Source of the DNA: Citrobacter phage phiNP | Length of the DNA: 44,932 bases | Sequence record: OR565852 | Direction: 5' to 3' (one strand) | Part shown: positions 1-8,622 of the stretch, piece by piece | Layout of the letters: the number at the start of each line of letters is the position of its first letter | How positions within the stretch are numbered: position 1 is the stretch's first letter | The notes under the pieces: model-generated | What the model saw: the letters and a program-made list of their open reading frames with translations, nothing else | Told to the model about the DNA's origin: nothing | Databases searched by the model: none | Position numbers and translations under genes: made by a program

Positions 1-25
1 GGTTCAACTCCCGCCAGCTCCACCA
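1..25 (+). repeat. ssrA: attL core; 3' terminal 25 nt of tmRNA gene (ssrA) ending in CCA
   Basis: Exact 25-nt direct repeat of 44908-44932; sequence GGTTCAACTCCCGCCAGCTCCACCA matches my recollection of the E. coli tmRNA 3' end. The gene body would lie upstream of the window. Confidence 0.7.
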
Positions 26-152
26 CTTTAGACAGGACAGTGCAAGGACAGCACCAGTAAAAACAGGAAGTTAGCAGTCCCGGCAGGACACCGACCAGAC
101 GGTAGCGGGACAAAAAAGGATACGTAAAGGAGCCGCGGCTCCAAAACAATCA

Positions 153-180
153 AGCCAGCCTCTCAGGGGCTGGTTTTTTT
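153..180 (+). terminator. Rho-independent terminator-like hairpin with T-run
   Basis: CCAGCC-tctcagg-GGCTGG stem followed by TTTTTTT (174-180); a 14-bp palindrome GGAGCCGCGGCTCC lies just upstream (129-142). Confidence 0.45.
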
Positions 181-230
181 GTGCCATAAATTTGCACAAA
201 AATTCTTACCTGATCGACACAGCTTACAAC

Positions 231-278
231 TTGACACTGTATGTATGACCAGTTAAATATAACTGTATATTCAACCAG
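231..278 (+). promoter_or_regulatory. Putative SOS-regulated promoter with two LexA-box-like sites
   Basis: TTGACA at 231-236; CTGT-N8-CCAG at 237-252 and 263-278, the same variant as the E. coli dinI SOS box as I recall it; SD AAGGAG at 281-286 precedes the ATG at 295. Confidence 0.5.
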
Positions 279-294
279 TAAAGGAGATGCTAAA

Positions 295-540
295 ATGCGT
301 GTCGAAATCAGTATTGCCAAAGAAAAATACGGAAAGTTACCGAAAACCGCGCCTTCCGCACTTCAGGAAGAAATGACAAAGCGCCTGGGTAAACAATACC
401 AGGATATTGAAGTCATCGTAAAACCAGCTGGAAGCGACGGTCTATCGGTCTTCCGTGCAGTGGATAAAGATGAAACCAAGAAGAACGTGGAAAAAATGCT
501 GCAAGAGGTCTGGGAGTCGGCTGATGACTGGTTCTTCTGA
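295..540 (+). CDS. dinI: DinI-family DNA-damage-inducible protein
   Basis: 81-aa product MRVEISIAK...EVWESADDWFF with the characteristic DinI C-terminal WESADDWF motif; the track ORF 241-540 is the same frame with an upstream ATG. Confidence 0.8.
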   Translation: MRVEISIAKEKYGKLPKTAPSALQEEMTKRLGKQYQDIEVIVKPAGSDGLSVFRAVDKDETKKNVEKMLQEVWESADDWFF

Positions 541-581
541 CATAGAATAGCCACACTATAACTCCAATAACCCCAAAAAAC

Positions 582-610
582 TTGACCCCGCCCCTCAATT
601 GGGTTACTAT
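582..610 (+). promoter_or_regulatory. Putative hicAB promoter
   Basis: TTGACC (582-587), 17-bp spacer, TACTAT (605-610); two ATAACCCCA direct repeats flank it. Confidence 0.3.
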
Positions 611-642
611 AACCCCATCAAAACAATACAGAGAGCCGGAGG

Positions 643-822
643 ATGGATAGCAGGAATGCGATAGCAATGATTGAAGCTGACGGGTGGTATCTGGTGAGAG
701 TAAAAGGTAGTCATCACCAGTTTAAGCACCCAACCAAGAAAGGGCTGGTAACGGTGAAACATCCACAGAAAGATATACCGCTACCAACACTCAAAAGCAT
801 CAAGAAACAGGCGGGGCTCTAA
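643..822 (+). CDS. hicA: HicA toxin (mRNA interferase)
   Basis: 59-aa ORF below the track size cut-off: MDSRNAIAMIEADGWYLVRVKGSHHQFKHP...; GSHHxF motif typical of HicA/YcfA; directly upstream of hicB. Confidence 0.75.
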   Translation: MDSRNAIAMIEADGWYLVRVKGSHHQFKHPTKKGLVTVKHPQKDIPLPTLKSIKKQAGL

Positions 823-845
823 GCCCCTGCCTCCTGGAGGTTCAA

Positions 846-1256
846 ATGTTATATCCCGTTGCTATTGATAAAGGCGATTCATCCTTCGGCGTTCGCGTAC
901 CTGATATTCCAGGCTGCTTCTCTGGCGGCGACAACTATCAGGATGCGATAGAGAGCGTGCGTGAGGCTATCGACGCACATATCGAATTACTGGTGGAAGA
1001 TGGTGAAGCGGTGCCGGAAGCTACCAGCGTGGAAAACTGGCTCGCAGATCCCGATTATACAGGCGTAGTATGGGCACTGGTGGATGTAGACGTTACCCGG
1101 TTAATGGGGAAAGCAGAAAAAATCAACGTAACGCTTCCCTCTTTGCTGATCCGTCGTATCGATCAATTTGTTGCCGCTCATCCCGAATATGGTAGCCGCT
1201 CAGGCTTCCTGTCACGTGTGGCTGCTGATAAAGTGATCGGACGGGAAAAACGTTAA
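846..1256 (+). CDS. hicB: HicB antitoxin
   Basis: N-terminal HicB-type domain (MLYPVAIDKGDSSFGVRVPDIPGCFSGGD...) and C-terminal ribbon-helix-helix-like segment (KINVTLPSLLIRRIDQFV). Confidence 0.8.
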   Translation: MLYPVAIDKGDSSFGVRVPDIPGCFSGGDNYQDAIESVREAIDAHIELLVEDGEAVPEATSVENWLADPDYTGVVWALVDVDVTRLMGKAEKINVTLPSLLIRRIDQFVAAHPEYGSRSGFLSRVAADKVIGREKR

Positions 1257-1280
1257 GCCTCGTTAGAGGCTTTAGGTGAA

Positions 1281-1835
1281 ATGATGCGCAAAAAAGAATT
1301 AGCTTTTCTTAAAGAGTGTTTAAGAGTAGAAGTTATCGGAAATAAGGATAAGAAATTCTCATGGGCTCGCACCATCAGACATGCCTGGCGTCAACCTAAA
1401 CGTAGATTTCTTTTCTGGTGGCGCATTGCATCTTATCTATATGGTTCAAATAACAAACAACTAAAAAAAATAGGGAAAAGAATAAATAGAAAATTATTTT
1501 TTAAATATAACACAGACATTGAACTAGGTGTTTCAATTGCCCCCGGATTATATATTGGACATTATAGCGGGATTGTTATCACAAGATATGCGACGATAGG
1601 CAAAAACTTCAACATAAGACAAAACACCACTATTGGATTAAAAAACAATAACACTAATAAAATCACAATTGGTGATAATGTTAATGTTGGAGCAAACTCC
1701 TGCATTATATCAGAAAACATTGTAATTGGTGACAACGTAAAAATAGGAGCTTTTACATTCGTTAATAAAACGATACCCTCAAACTCTATTTATTACACAA
1801 AAAAAGAAAACATCTGTAAAGAATGGGAGGTTTAA
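1281..1835 (+). CDS. Hexapeptide-repeat (left-handed beta-helix) acetyltransferase
   Basis: Tandem hexapeptide signature (IGKNFNI..TIG..ITIGDNVNVGANSCI..IVIGDNVKIGAFTFV); strongly AT-rich relative to the flanking phage DNA. Confidence 0.7.
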   Translation: MMRKKELAFLKECLRVEVIGNKDKKFSWARTIRHAWRQPKRRFLFWWRIASYLYGSNNKQLKKIGKRINRKLFFKYNTDIELGVSIAPGLYIGHYSGIVITRYATIGKNFNIRQNTTIGLKNNNTNKITIGDNVNVGANSCIISENIVIGDNVKIGAFTFVNKTIPSNSIYYTKKENICKEWEV

Positions 1836-1850
1836 CCTCCCTTCCTTTTA

Positions 1851-2429
1851 TTACTCTACTAGCTCTGGCCATTGAATGTTGGGCACATCAGTTGGTTGCA
1901 CGCGACTGAGCAATATTCGATATTTTTTCCACTCTTTCAGGCGTATCTTCTCATCATCTGTAGCCATATCTAAATCAACAGCGTCCTGTAAGGTGGCAAT
2001 GATTTCACCAGCCTGTTGGAGCTGTTCTTTCTTCTGCGATTCAGCTTCTCTGATAAATGCCTCACGCTCTGCATCGACATCATCTATCCATGCTTCTCCA
2101 TTCCACTTCTGATAGTTCCTGTCTGGTGAAATAGTTGTCACATTTGGCGGTAATGCACCAAGGGACGAAATATAAATTGGCATACCTGTTTCAGTTTCAT
2201 ACACAGTAATCCCACGATGATCTTCAACCAAAAGCCATGTATTTTCATCAATATCAAAAATGGCCGCATATCCAGCAGGAATTTCTGGTGGCGCAATATT
2301 GGTACAATTTGCAGGTAATCCTGTATATGGTGGTATATATGTATCACTCTCACCAATAAATTCATTAGTACCATCTAGTAAGTTAAACACATTAATTGTT
2401 TGTGCTTCTGCAATCATTTTAAAAGTCAT
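1851..2429 (-). CDS. Tail fibre assembly chaperone (Tfa)
   Basis: C-terminal region typical of Tfa proteins (EAWIDDV..EAESQKK..LKEWKKYRILLSRV); immediately downstream of the tail fibre gene. Confidence 0.75.
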   Translation of the reverse strand: MTFKMIAEAQTINVFNLLDGTNEFIGESDTYIPPYTGLPANCTNIAPPEIPAGYAAIFDIDENTWLLVEDHRGITVYETETGMPIYISSLGALPPNVTTISPDRNYQKWNGEAWIDDVDAEREAFIREAESQKKEQLQQAGEIIATLQDAVDLDMATDDEKIRLKEWKKYRILLSRVQPTDVPNIQWPELVE

Positions 2430-3277
2430 TATGCAAGCCTCACGATGTAATTATATGCAATGTTTTTTACAGTATTTTCTGCATTACCAGAAGCATTTAC
2501 CGTAATGGTATGCCCATGCGAACCGATTGCGATTGTATGAGAATGAGCACCAATACCGACAGTATGGTTGTGTGCACCAATGCCTACGGTATGGGCATGG
2601 TTACCTGCTGAACTGGTCTGAACAGTATTTCGAAGACCATCAGAATCCCAATCACCTCTGGTACCTGATGGCTGTGCACCTGTCGTATAACCGTGGGTAT
2701 GTTCGCCAGTTGTGTTGGTAGTTTTAGTACCGTAATCAAATGTACTGGTCGTTTTAGTCCCATAATCAAACGAACTGGTTGTTTTCGTGCCTAAATCCGT
2801 ATTTGAGGCGCTGGCACTATGGGTATGCGACTTGATGCCATCCTGCTCCTGAGACAGAACTACTCGCCCACTGGCAGGTTTCCCCTTTATTGTCCATCCA
2901 CGCATATCAGGGATAACACCTCCAGGATACGCAATTGCCAGTTTGGGGTATTTCGCTTTATCAAACGTCTGGCCCTGCATCAGCGCATACCCGTCCGGTA
3001 CCGTATCCGACGGCCAGGGAATGGGAGAGCCAACCGGGACACCAGAAGCATCATCTGTGGCCTTTTTAATAAGGCCCTGAATGGCAGTGATAACCTGTGC
3101 ATCATTCGTCGGATCCGGCTCAATACCCGCCCCCGACAGAACAGCGATTAATTCGCGCTGCACGGTGGTAAACCACCCACCCATCAGTTCAGTGGGCTGG
3201 ACATTCCCGGCCACATTACCATCAGTAAACTCACCGTTACCGTCTGCGGTATCAGTGAGATCTCCAATTTTTTGCAT
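2429..3277 (-). CDS. Tail fibre protein
   Basis: N-terminal conserved fibre region followed by tandem DYGTKTT repeats and His-rich H-x-H-T-V-G-I-G-A repeats; position between baseplate genes and tfa. Confidence 0.7.
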   Translation of the reverse strand: MQKIGDLTDTADGNGEFTDGNVAGNVQPTELMGGWFTTVQRELIAVLSGAGIEPDPTNDAQVITAIQGLIKKATDDASGVPVGSPIPWPSDTVPDGYALMQGQTFDKAKYPKLAIAYPGGVIPDMRGWTIKGKPASGRVVLSQEQDGIKSHTHSASASNTDLGTKTTSSFDYGTKTTSTFDYGTKTTNTTGEHTHGYTTGAQPSGTRGDWDSDGLRNTVQTSSAGNHAHTVGIGAHNHTVGIGAHSHTIAIGSHGHTITVNASGNAENTVKNIAYNYIVRLA

Positions 3278-3330
3278 GCGTTATCCTCACAGTTACGTGA
3301 TTATGAAAAATAATTCAGGGGGTCAGAGAA

Positions 3331-3936
3331 TCAGGAGGCAGCGGGGATATAGTTAATTCGCAGAATCAGGCCAGGATCGACCAGGCGCTGCAGCATACAT
3401 TCCAGCGTTTTGTTACCCCATGACCTGAGTGGGTCACCACATCGTGCCTGCCCGCACTTTGCCCGAAATATGGTGGTTTCAGGGACGTTGACCTGCAGCA
3501 CAAACGGCCAGTCGTCACCATTCAGGGCATCGCCGCACGCAGAAAGCCCGCAGCGCGCCCGGCGATATTCAGTCACAGTAATGGTATAACCCGCCGCGGC
3601 CAGCGTCTGGATCAGCCCGTCAATACTCAGATTGCCACTGCTGGTTAGCCTGGCCACTACCGCCTCACGGCGCCGGGAAATGGTGATCATCTCGGAGATA
3701 GAGCAGTTATCCGGTAGCCCCAGCGTTTCTTCCCATTCCGTCAGCAGGGTGCCCGCCGTCGCGGGAAAGGCGTTTCGCAGCAGGGAAACCGCCGCCGTAT
3801 CGTTGGCCGCGAACGATCTGGCTATTGCCCTGAGTACGCGTCCCATCACCGTCTGGCGGTCATGTTGCCAGGCCTTTCCGGGTGGCAGTAGTTTTCCCAG
3901 CGCTGCGGCATAGTCATCTGTGCTGTACCGGCTCAT
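3331..3936 (-). CDS. Baseplate/tail protein (Mu gp48-like, YmfQ/DUF2313-like)
   Basis: Size and position after the J-like baseplate gene; family recalled from memory. Confidence 0.55.
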   Translation of the reverse strand: MSRYSTDDYAAALGKLLPPGKAWQHDRQTVMGRVLRAIARSFAANDTAAVSLLRNAFPATAGTLLTEWEETLGLPDNCSISEMITISRRREAVVARLTSSGNLSIDGLIQTLAAAGYTITVTEYRRARCGLSACGDALNGDDWPFVLQVNVPETTIFRAKCGQARCGDPLRSWGNKTLECMLQRLVDPGLILRINYIPAAS

Positions 3937-5090
3937 GTCGTGGTACCCGAAAATGTGATATCACCGCGGACGGGGAGTTCACCCGCGCCCAGCTGGATAA
4001 AGGTTCCGGAGGGGCTGTTAATCACAAAGCCCCGGGTTCCATCGATCGCACCGATGGCCAGCGTTAAATCGGACATAAAAATTTTTCCGCCAGGCTCGCC
4101 ATTGTCAAAGAAGACCTCATCAATAGCGCTTTCAATCGCTGCAACCGTGGCCGCGTCAGCATCCGGAATGCCGCCAATATCAAAATTAATCACCTTTTTA
4201 ATCGGAGAACAGACCCAGATAACAGTAGTGGCCGGGCGGCGTGGAAAAATGTAATCAGCGACCCGCAACTGGTCACCAGTAGCCTTGCCATACGGGTATT
4301 GTTCCTTTGTCGCTACCCCGTCAGTACCAACAGGAAACCCGTTGTTTGAACGATCGGCGCCATCACACATGATATAGACACCAACACTGTTAGCCCCCAT
4401 CAGTCGCGGCGCCACCCAGGCACGGGTAATGCCTGCCACCTCCAGCGCCCAACGTCTGTAATCGTCCGCGTTCCCGCCCTGTGATTCGCTCTGATACGCC
4501 AGCAATCCTCGCTGTCGGAAAGCTTCCCCATCTTCAATATCGGCCCCGCCGGTGGCGGCCTCCAGCAGTATCAGCGCGCTTTCAACGCCCGCAATGTTGG
4601 TATCCAGCGTCAGACGGGTGCCGCTGTCAGCATTTCCTGCCGATCCGCCTCCGCTCACATCCTCCGTAATATCAGAGAGCACCGCTGTGACCGGCACCGT
4701 ACCGGTACCATCAGTACCGATTTTCAGCCCGGCATCGGTGGTGTACTGGTATCCGTCAGAACGATTCAGGATGGAGCCCGCCGGAATAATCGCCCCGGGG
4801 GTACCGGTTGCCTGACAGGCTGGCGAACGGGCTGCGCTGGCCGCCTTGCGGAATACCTTCTTCAACGCCATCCACTGCGCCAGATACTCCCCCGTTGCGG
4901 TAAAGGGAATGGACTGCTTCGCGATGTAGTCCAGATAGGCATAATGCAGATGGGACATTCCGGCATCCATATCCGCCAGAACACGCAGGTTCGAAAATCG
5001 CAACAACGCACCGACGCTTTTCAGCTCGGTTTGCAGGAACTGCCGGTTTCGCTGACGCAGTTCACTCAGGGTGTCTCGTTTAAACGGCAT
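3933..5090 (-). CDS. Baseplate J-like protein (Mu gp47-like)
   Basis: 385 aa, position in the Mu-like baseplate series, overlapping start/stop with neighbours. Confidence 0.7.
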   Translation of the reverse strand: MPFKRDTLSELRQRNRQFLQTELKSVGALLRFSNLRVLADMDAGMSHLHYAYLDYIAKQSIPFTATGEYLAQWMALKKVFRKAASAARSPACQATGTPGAIIPAGSILNRSDGYQYTTDAGLKIGTDGTGTVPVTAVLSDITEDVSGGGSAGNADSGTRLTLDTNIAGVESALILLEAATGGADIEDGEAFRQRGLLAYQSESQGGNADDYRRWALEVAGITRAWVAPRLMGANSVGVYIMCDGADRSNNGFPVGTDGVATKEQYPYGKATGDQLRVADYIFPRRPATTVIWVCSPIKKVINFDIGGIPDADAATVAAIESAIDEVFFDNGEPGGKIFMSDLTLAIGAIDGTRGFVINSPSGTFIQLGAGELPVRGDITFSGTTT

Positions 5091-5532
5091 TCTTTAACTG
5101 CTCCCATACCCAGTAAAATTTGATTTCCTGCTGGCCGTCACCGTCCGGCGAACTCAGGCGAACAATCAGGTTAAGGCGCGCCGGCCATATGATTTGCGCC
5201 TCCACCTGAATATCCCCCACCACACCATCAGATTTCAGCCAGGCCAGTGCCTCCAGCGCGTATTCCTCCGCCCTGACAGCAACACGGGTCGTTAATTTTT
5301 CGCGGCGCAGCAGCCACAGGCGGGAGCCCATCGCCTGAGCCTCTCCGGAATCTCCCCACCATCCCCGGCGGTCAGTGCCTTCATAGTCATCGTCGGCACG
5401 CGCCAGGCGGTCAGTGAACAGGCTGATAATCACCGCTGTCTGGAGGTCATTACCCGACGCCAGTGCGCCAGCGGTGATCCCCCAGTCAGCGTGCATGGCG
5501 TCAGCGTCCCAGAATGATGAAACGTCACTCAT
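5080..5532 (-). CDS. Baseplate protein (Mu gp46 / gp25-like)
   Basis: 150 aa; synteny in the Mu-like baseplate operon. Confidence 0.55.
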   Translation of the reverse strand: MSDVSSFWDADAMHADWGITAGALASGNDLQTAVIISLFTDRLARADDDYEGTDRRGWWGDSGEAQAMGSRLWLLRREKLTTRVAVRAEEYALEALAWLKSDGVVGDIQVEAQIIWPARLNLIVRLSSPDGDGQQEIKFYWVWEQLKNAV

Positions 5533-6113
5533 GTCACCTGCCCCGCGGTTTTCTCACTGGTAATACTGCTGCTGCCACCAGCGACGCCTTTCGTCACATG
5601 GTTGTGACCGTTATATGCGTCGCGTAACTCTTTCAGCGTGCGCGGGTTGCTCTCGCAGTTATCGACAACATCCCCGGTAACCAGCAGCTTCGGCGTGATC
5701 AGCTTTACCTGCTCTGTCGCTGTGACCGTCAGGTTTCTGGCGTTATTCACCGTCACATCCTGTCCGTTCGCCTCAACAGTGATCCCTTTCTCCGTCATCA
5801 GGATATAAAGCCCCCACTGGTTATAAAGGACCGTTTCTCCCGGGTTCAGCCCGGTATGTCGGTGCCCCTGATGGTTGGAGCCAATGATCACCGGGCTGGA
5901 GCGATCGCCCCCCAGGAAAGCCAGTACCACATCAGAGCCCGCAGGCAGCGCGGAAGAAAAGCCAAACTCCGTTATCCGGCGGGCCGTAGCCACCTCCAGC
6001 GGTGTCTGGTACTGCACGCTCTGAACTGTGCCGCCGTCGTTCTGACCCGTCACACGACCAATACCCAACATCCCGGCGACGCGGGTCGCCAGGTGTCTGA
6101 AAAGTTGATTCAT
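5529..6113 (-). CDS. Baseplate assembly protein V / spike (Mu gp45-like)
   Basis: 194 aa; synteny; translationally coupled to neighbours. Confidence 0.6.
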   Translation of the reverse strand: MNQLFRHLATRVAGMLGIGRVTGQNDGGTVQSVQYQTPLEVATARRITEFGFSSALPAGSDVVLAFLGGDRSSPVIIGSNHQGHRHTGLNPGETVLYNQWGLYILMTEKGITVEANGQDVTVNNARNLTVTATEQVKLITPKLLVTGDVVDNCESNPRTLKELRDAYNGHNHVTKGVAGGSSSITSEKTAGQVT

Positions 6114-7189
6114 GGATTAAGCCCCGGTATCTGTTGGTAGAAAGCGTAAGGCTGGACGGTAAACGCCTCCGGTGGCATCAGGGACAGCCTGGCGTGCGTT
6201 CCGCCTGAATCCCTGATAAACGTCACCTCGGACAGCAACATTTCCCGATCGGTGACTTTCAGCGCCGGAATATTGACCGGGATCAGCGTATTGGGCTCCC
6301 ACAATTTCCCGGACTTATCCCGCCAGCTGTCAATCGTCACATCCAGTTGCCGGGAACGGCCGTAACGCCGGTTCATCTCCCAGTCGATACACTGCTGCGC
6401 CTGCTGTGACGCCATCAGCGTGCTCTCAACAATCACAATGCGTTTCCGGTAGCGCATTCTGGCCGCCTCCGGATCGCGTGCGGTCGCCAGGGTCACCGAA
6501 TCGTAGGCAGTATCCGGCGCCAGCCCGCTAACCGGGGACAGGCTCATGGATACCCCGACATAATCAGAAAACCGCTCAGCCATTGAGGTTCGGAAATATG
6601 CCTGCTCGATGTTTTCCCCCTGGGCGACACCACTGGCCGCCTTCCGGGTTCCCACCCTGGTCAGCAGCAGATTGCCGTCAGGCTGGTCGTAATACAGCAG
6701 CGCAGACCAGCGGCTGACACGTTCGATGATCTCCTGCGGGGATTCACCCCAGTTGAGTGTGAACTGGGGAACAGCAACCAGATCACTGACATCTGACGAT
6801 ACGGATATGCCGTAATACGAGGCCAGACGTGAAGCGATATCCAGCGCGTTGCCACCGTTAATCACGTTATTCGGCCACTCGGCGGAGCAGTCCACCAGGT
6901 CCTGGCACTTTCCGCGCCCCGTTGCTCTGACTTCATGGCGACTCCGGCTTATCGACGGCTCCCAGTCATCGACATAGCCGGTGATCACCAGGTCGTTACC
7001 GATCCGGATTTCGCAGGACTCCCCCTCCCTGACCAGCTGTTCATCCTGGCTACCGGGGAAATAGTCCATCAGCCCTAGGTCAAAATCAGACGGGAAACGC
7101 TCGATTGCCCGGGTGACCCGCACGGAATCCCAGCCCTCTATTCTTCTGCCTCCCACGGTGAGGGAAACGAGATCGCGGGTTTCAGTCAT
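6110..7189 (-). CDS. Baseplate hub / tail protein (Mu gp44-like)
   Basis: 359 aa; synteny between the DNA circulation and spike genes. Confidence 0.55.
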   Translation of the reverse strand: MTETRDLVSLTVGGRRIEGWDSVRVTRAIERFPSDFDLGLMDYFPGSQDEQLVREGESCEIRIGNDLVITGYVDDWEPSISRSRHEVRATGRGKCQDLVDCSAEWPNNVINGGNALDIASRLASYYGISVSSDVSDLVAVPQFTLNWGESPQEIIERVSRWSALLYYDQPDGNLLLTRVGTRKAASGVAQGENIEQAYFRTSMAERFSDYVGVSMSLSPVSGLAPDTAYDSVTLATARDPEAARMRYRKRIVIVESTLMASQQAQQCIDWEMNRRYGRSRQLDVTIDSWRDKSGKLWEPNTLIPVNIPALKVTDREMLLSEVTFIRDSGGTHARLSLMPPEAFTVQPYAFYQQIPGLNP

Positions 7190-8589
7190 TGCCGTAACAC
7201 CTTCATTTTCACAGGCATAAATGCCGGGTGGGGAACATCCGCTTCCTGCACCAGTTCATCAGCGCGCCCGGCATCCTGATACAACCGGTTTGCCAGCGTC
7301 AGCGCCGGAAGTGGCCGCGCGGTGCTGATCTCCATCAGCTCGCTCAGGTTCGGAGAAATATCGCTCATCCTGTCGATAAATGAGGATCGAAGACTGAGCA
7401 GCGCCCTGTAGAGATCATCATCGCCGCGGTCGCCCACCACCACCAGCGCTACATCCAGCTGATCGGATACCCGCTGCGTCAGTCCTTCGGCTTCGTCACG
7501 GCTGGTCGGATTGGACTCCGCCGCCGCCGCAGTCATCGCCCCGGAGCACAGCACAATGATCAGGGTGTTGACAGAGGCCGCGATTTTTCGCGTGGCCTCT
7601 GACTGCTGGTATTCGGTACTGGTGGCACCGGCCAGAGACTCCAGCAGCGTAACGCGCTCATCAATACCGCCGACGCTGTTCAGTATCAGGTTCACCAGAT
7701 CCGCCGTCAGCTGCATGATATCTTCGGGCGCCGTGGCGCTGTTGAGCCGTTCGACAGCATCTGAAATATTCTGGCGATCCATGACCGCCTGAGCCGTTAC
7801 CTGTTCGACCAGCGCCTGATAATCATCAGTGTCATCGGCCTGGTGAGTACCCGTTGCCCCGGAAGAACTCCCACCTGCCGTCCCTTTGTTGTAGCGTCCA
7901 TAGCGGGTATTCCCGAACGTGGAATTCAGGACGTTACTGACACTGGTCGCTTCGCTGATCGTGCTGTCTACCATCCGGGTCCAGAAGGCGACCGTTCCCC
8001 TGATGGTGTTGATCCCCTGAGTCACCCCCCGGAGTTCACTTTTGATCCGCGCCAGAACGCTGGAAACGGTGGTGGTAACCAGTTTCAGATAATTTGTCAC
8101 GACGTTCACACCGGCGACCTTGCTGCCGGTAATGGCGAACACCTTCAGACCTGATTCAATGGCTGTCAGGGTAAATTCGAACACCCGCCCGGCCTCCGCC
8201 GTTCCGGCAATTCTCAGGCCACCATCCGGAATGGCAACCGTCATTTCCCCCAGCGTCGGGTGTACCAGTGTCCCCGGCCCCTTTTCCTCACAGGCATTAA
8301 TCAGCGCCTGGCGCTGGGTAACGGCATCACCGCCACCGTAAACCTGGCTGTCCTCGACCAGAAAGCCCCTGATGGTTATCCGGCGAACACCCCGCCCCAG
8401 ATCTTCAATCCAGGCGGTATCCCGGTACGGGTATTCATGGACAGCCTGGCGACGTCCATGGACCCCTTCTTCAATCACGACGGCAAAAGGAACGCCCCGG
8501 AAGCTGGACGGCCGTAGCTTATCCTGCCAGCGCTCACCGCCTGTGCCGCCCATCAGAGCGGATATTGCATTCTGGATAATTGCCATCAT
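7186..8589 (-). CDS. DNA circulation protein (Mu gp43-like)
   Basis: 467 aa; position immediately downstream of the tape measure gene. Confidence 0.6.
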   Translation of the reverse strand: MMAIIQNAISALMGGTGGERWQDKLRPSSFRGVPFAVVIEEGVHGRRQAVHEYPYRDTAWIEDLGRGVRRITIRGFLVEDSQVYGGGDAVTQRQALINACEEKGPGTLVHPTLGEMTVAIPDGGLRIAGTAEAGRVFEFTLTAIESGLKVFAITGSKVAGVNVVTNYLKLVTTTVSSVLARIKSELRGVTQGINTIRGTVAFWTRMVDSTISEATSVSNVLNSTFGNTRYGRYNKGTAGGSSSGATGTHQADDTDDYQALVEQVTAQAVMDRQNISDAVERLNSATAPEDIMQLTADLVNLILNSVGGIDERVTLLESLAGATSTEYQQSEATRKIAASVNTLIIVLCSGAMTAAAAESNPTSRDEAEGLTQRVSDQLDVALVVVGDRGDDDLYRALLSLRSSFIDRMSDISPNLSELMEISTARPLPALTLANRLYQDAGRADELVQEADVPHPAFMPVKMKVLRQ

Positions 8590-8622
8590 TACCCCATAAG
8601 TAAAAACCCGCCGGCTGGCGGG

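Noticed and set aside
241-294. Upstream ATG extension of the dinI-like ORF (track start 241)
   Set aside because: The ATG at 295 has a proper SD and gives the canonical 81-aa DinI length; the upstream codons overlap the LexA-box and promoter elements.
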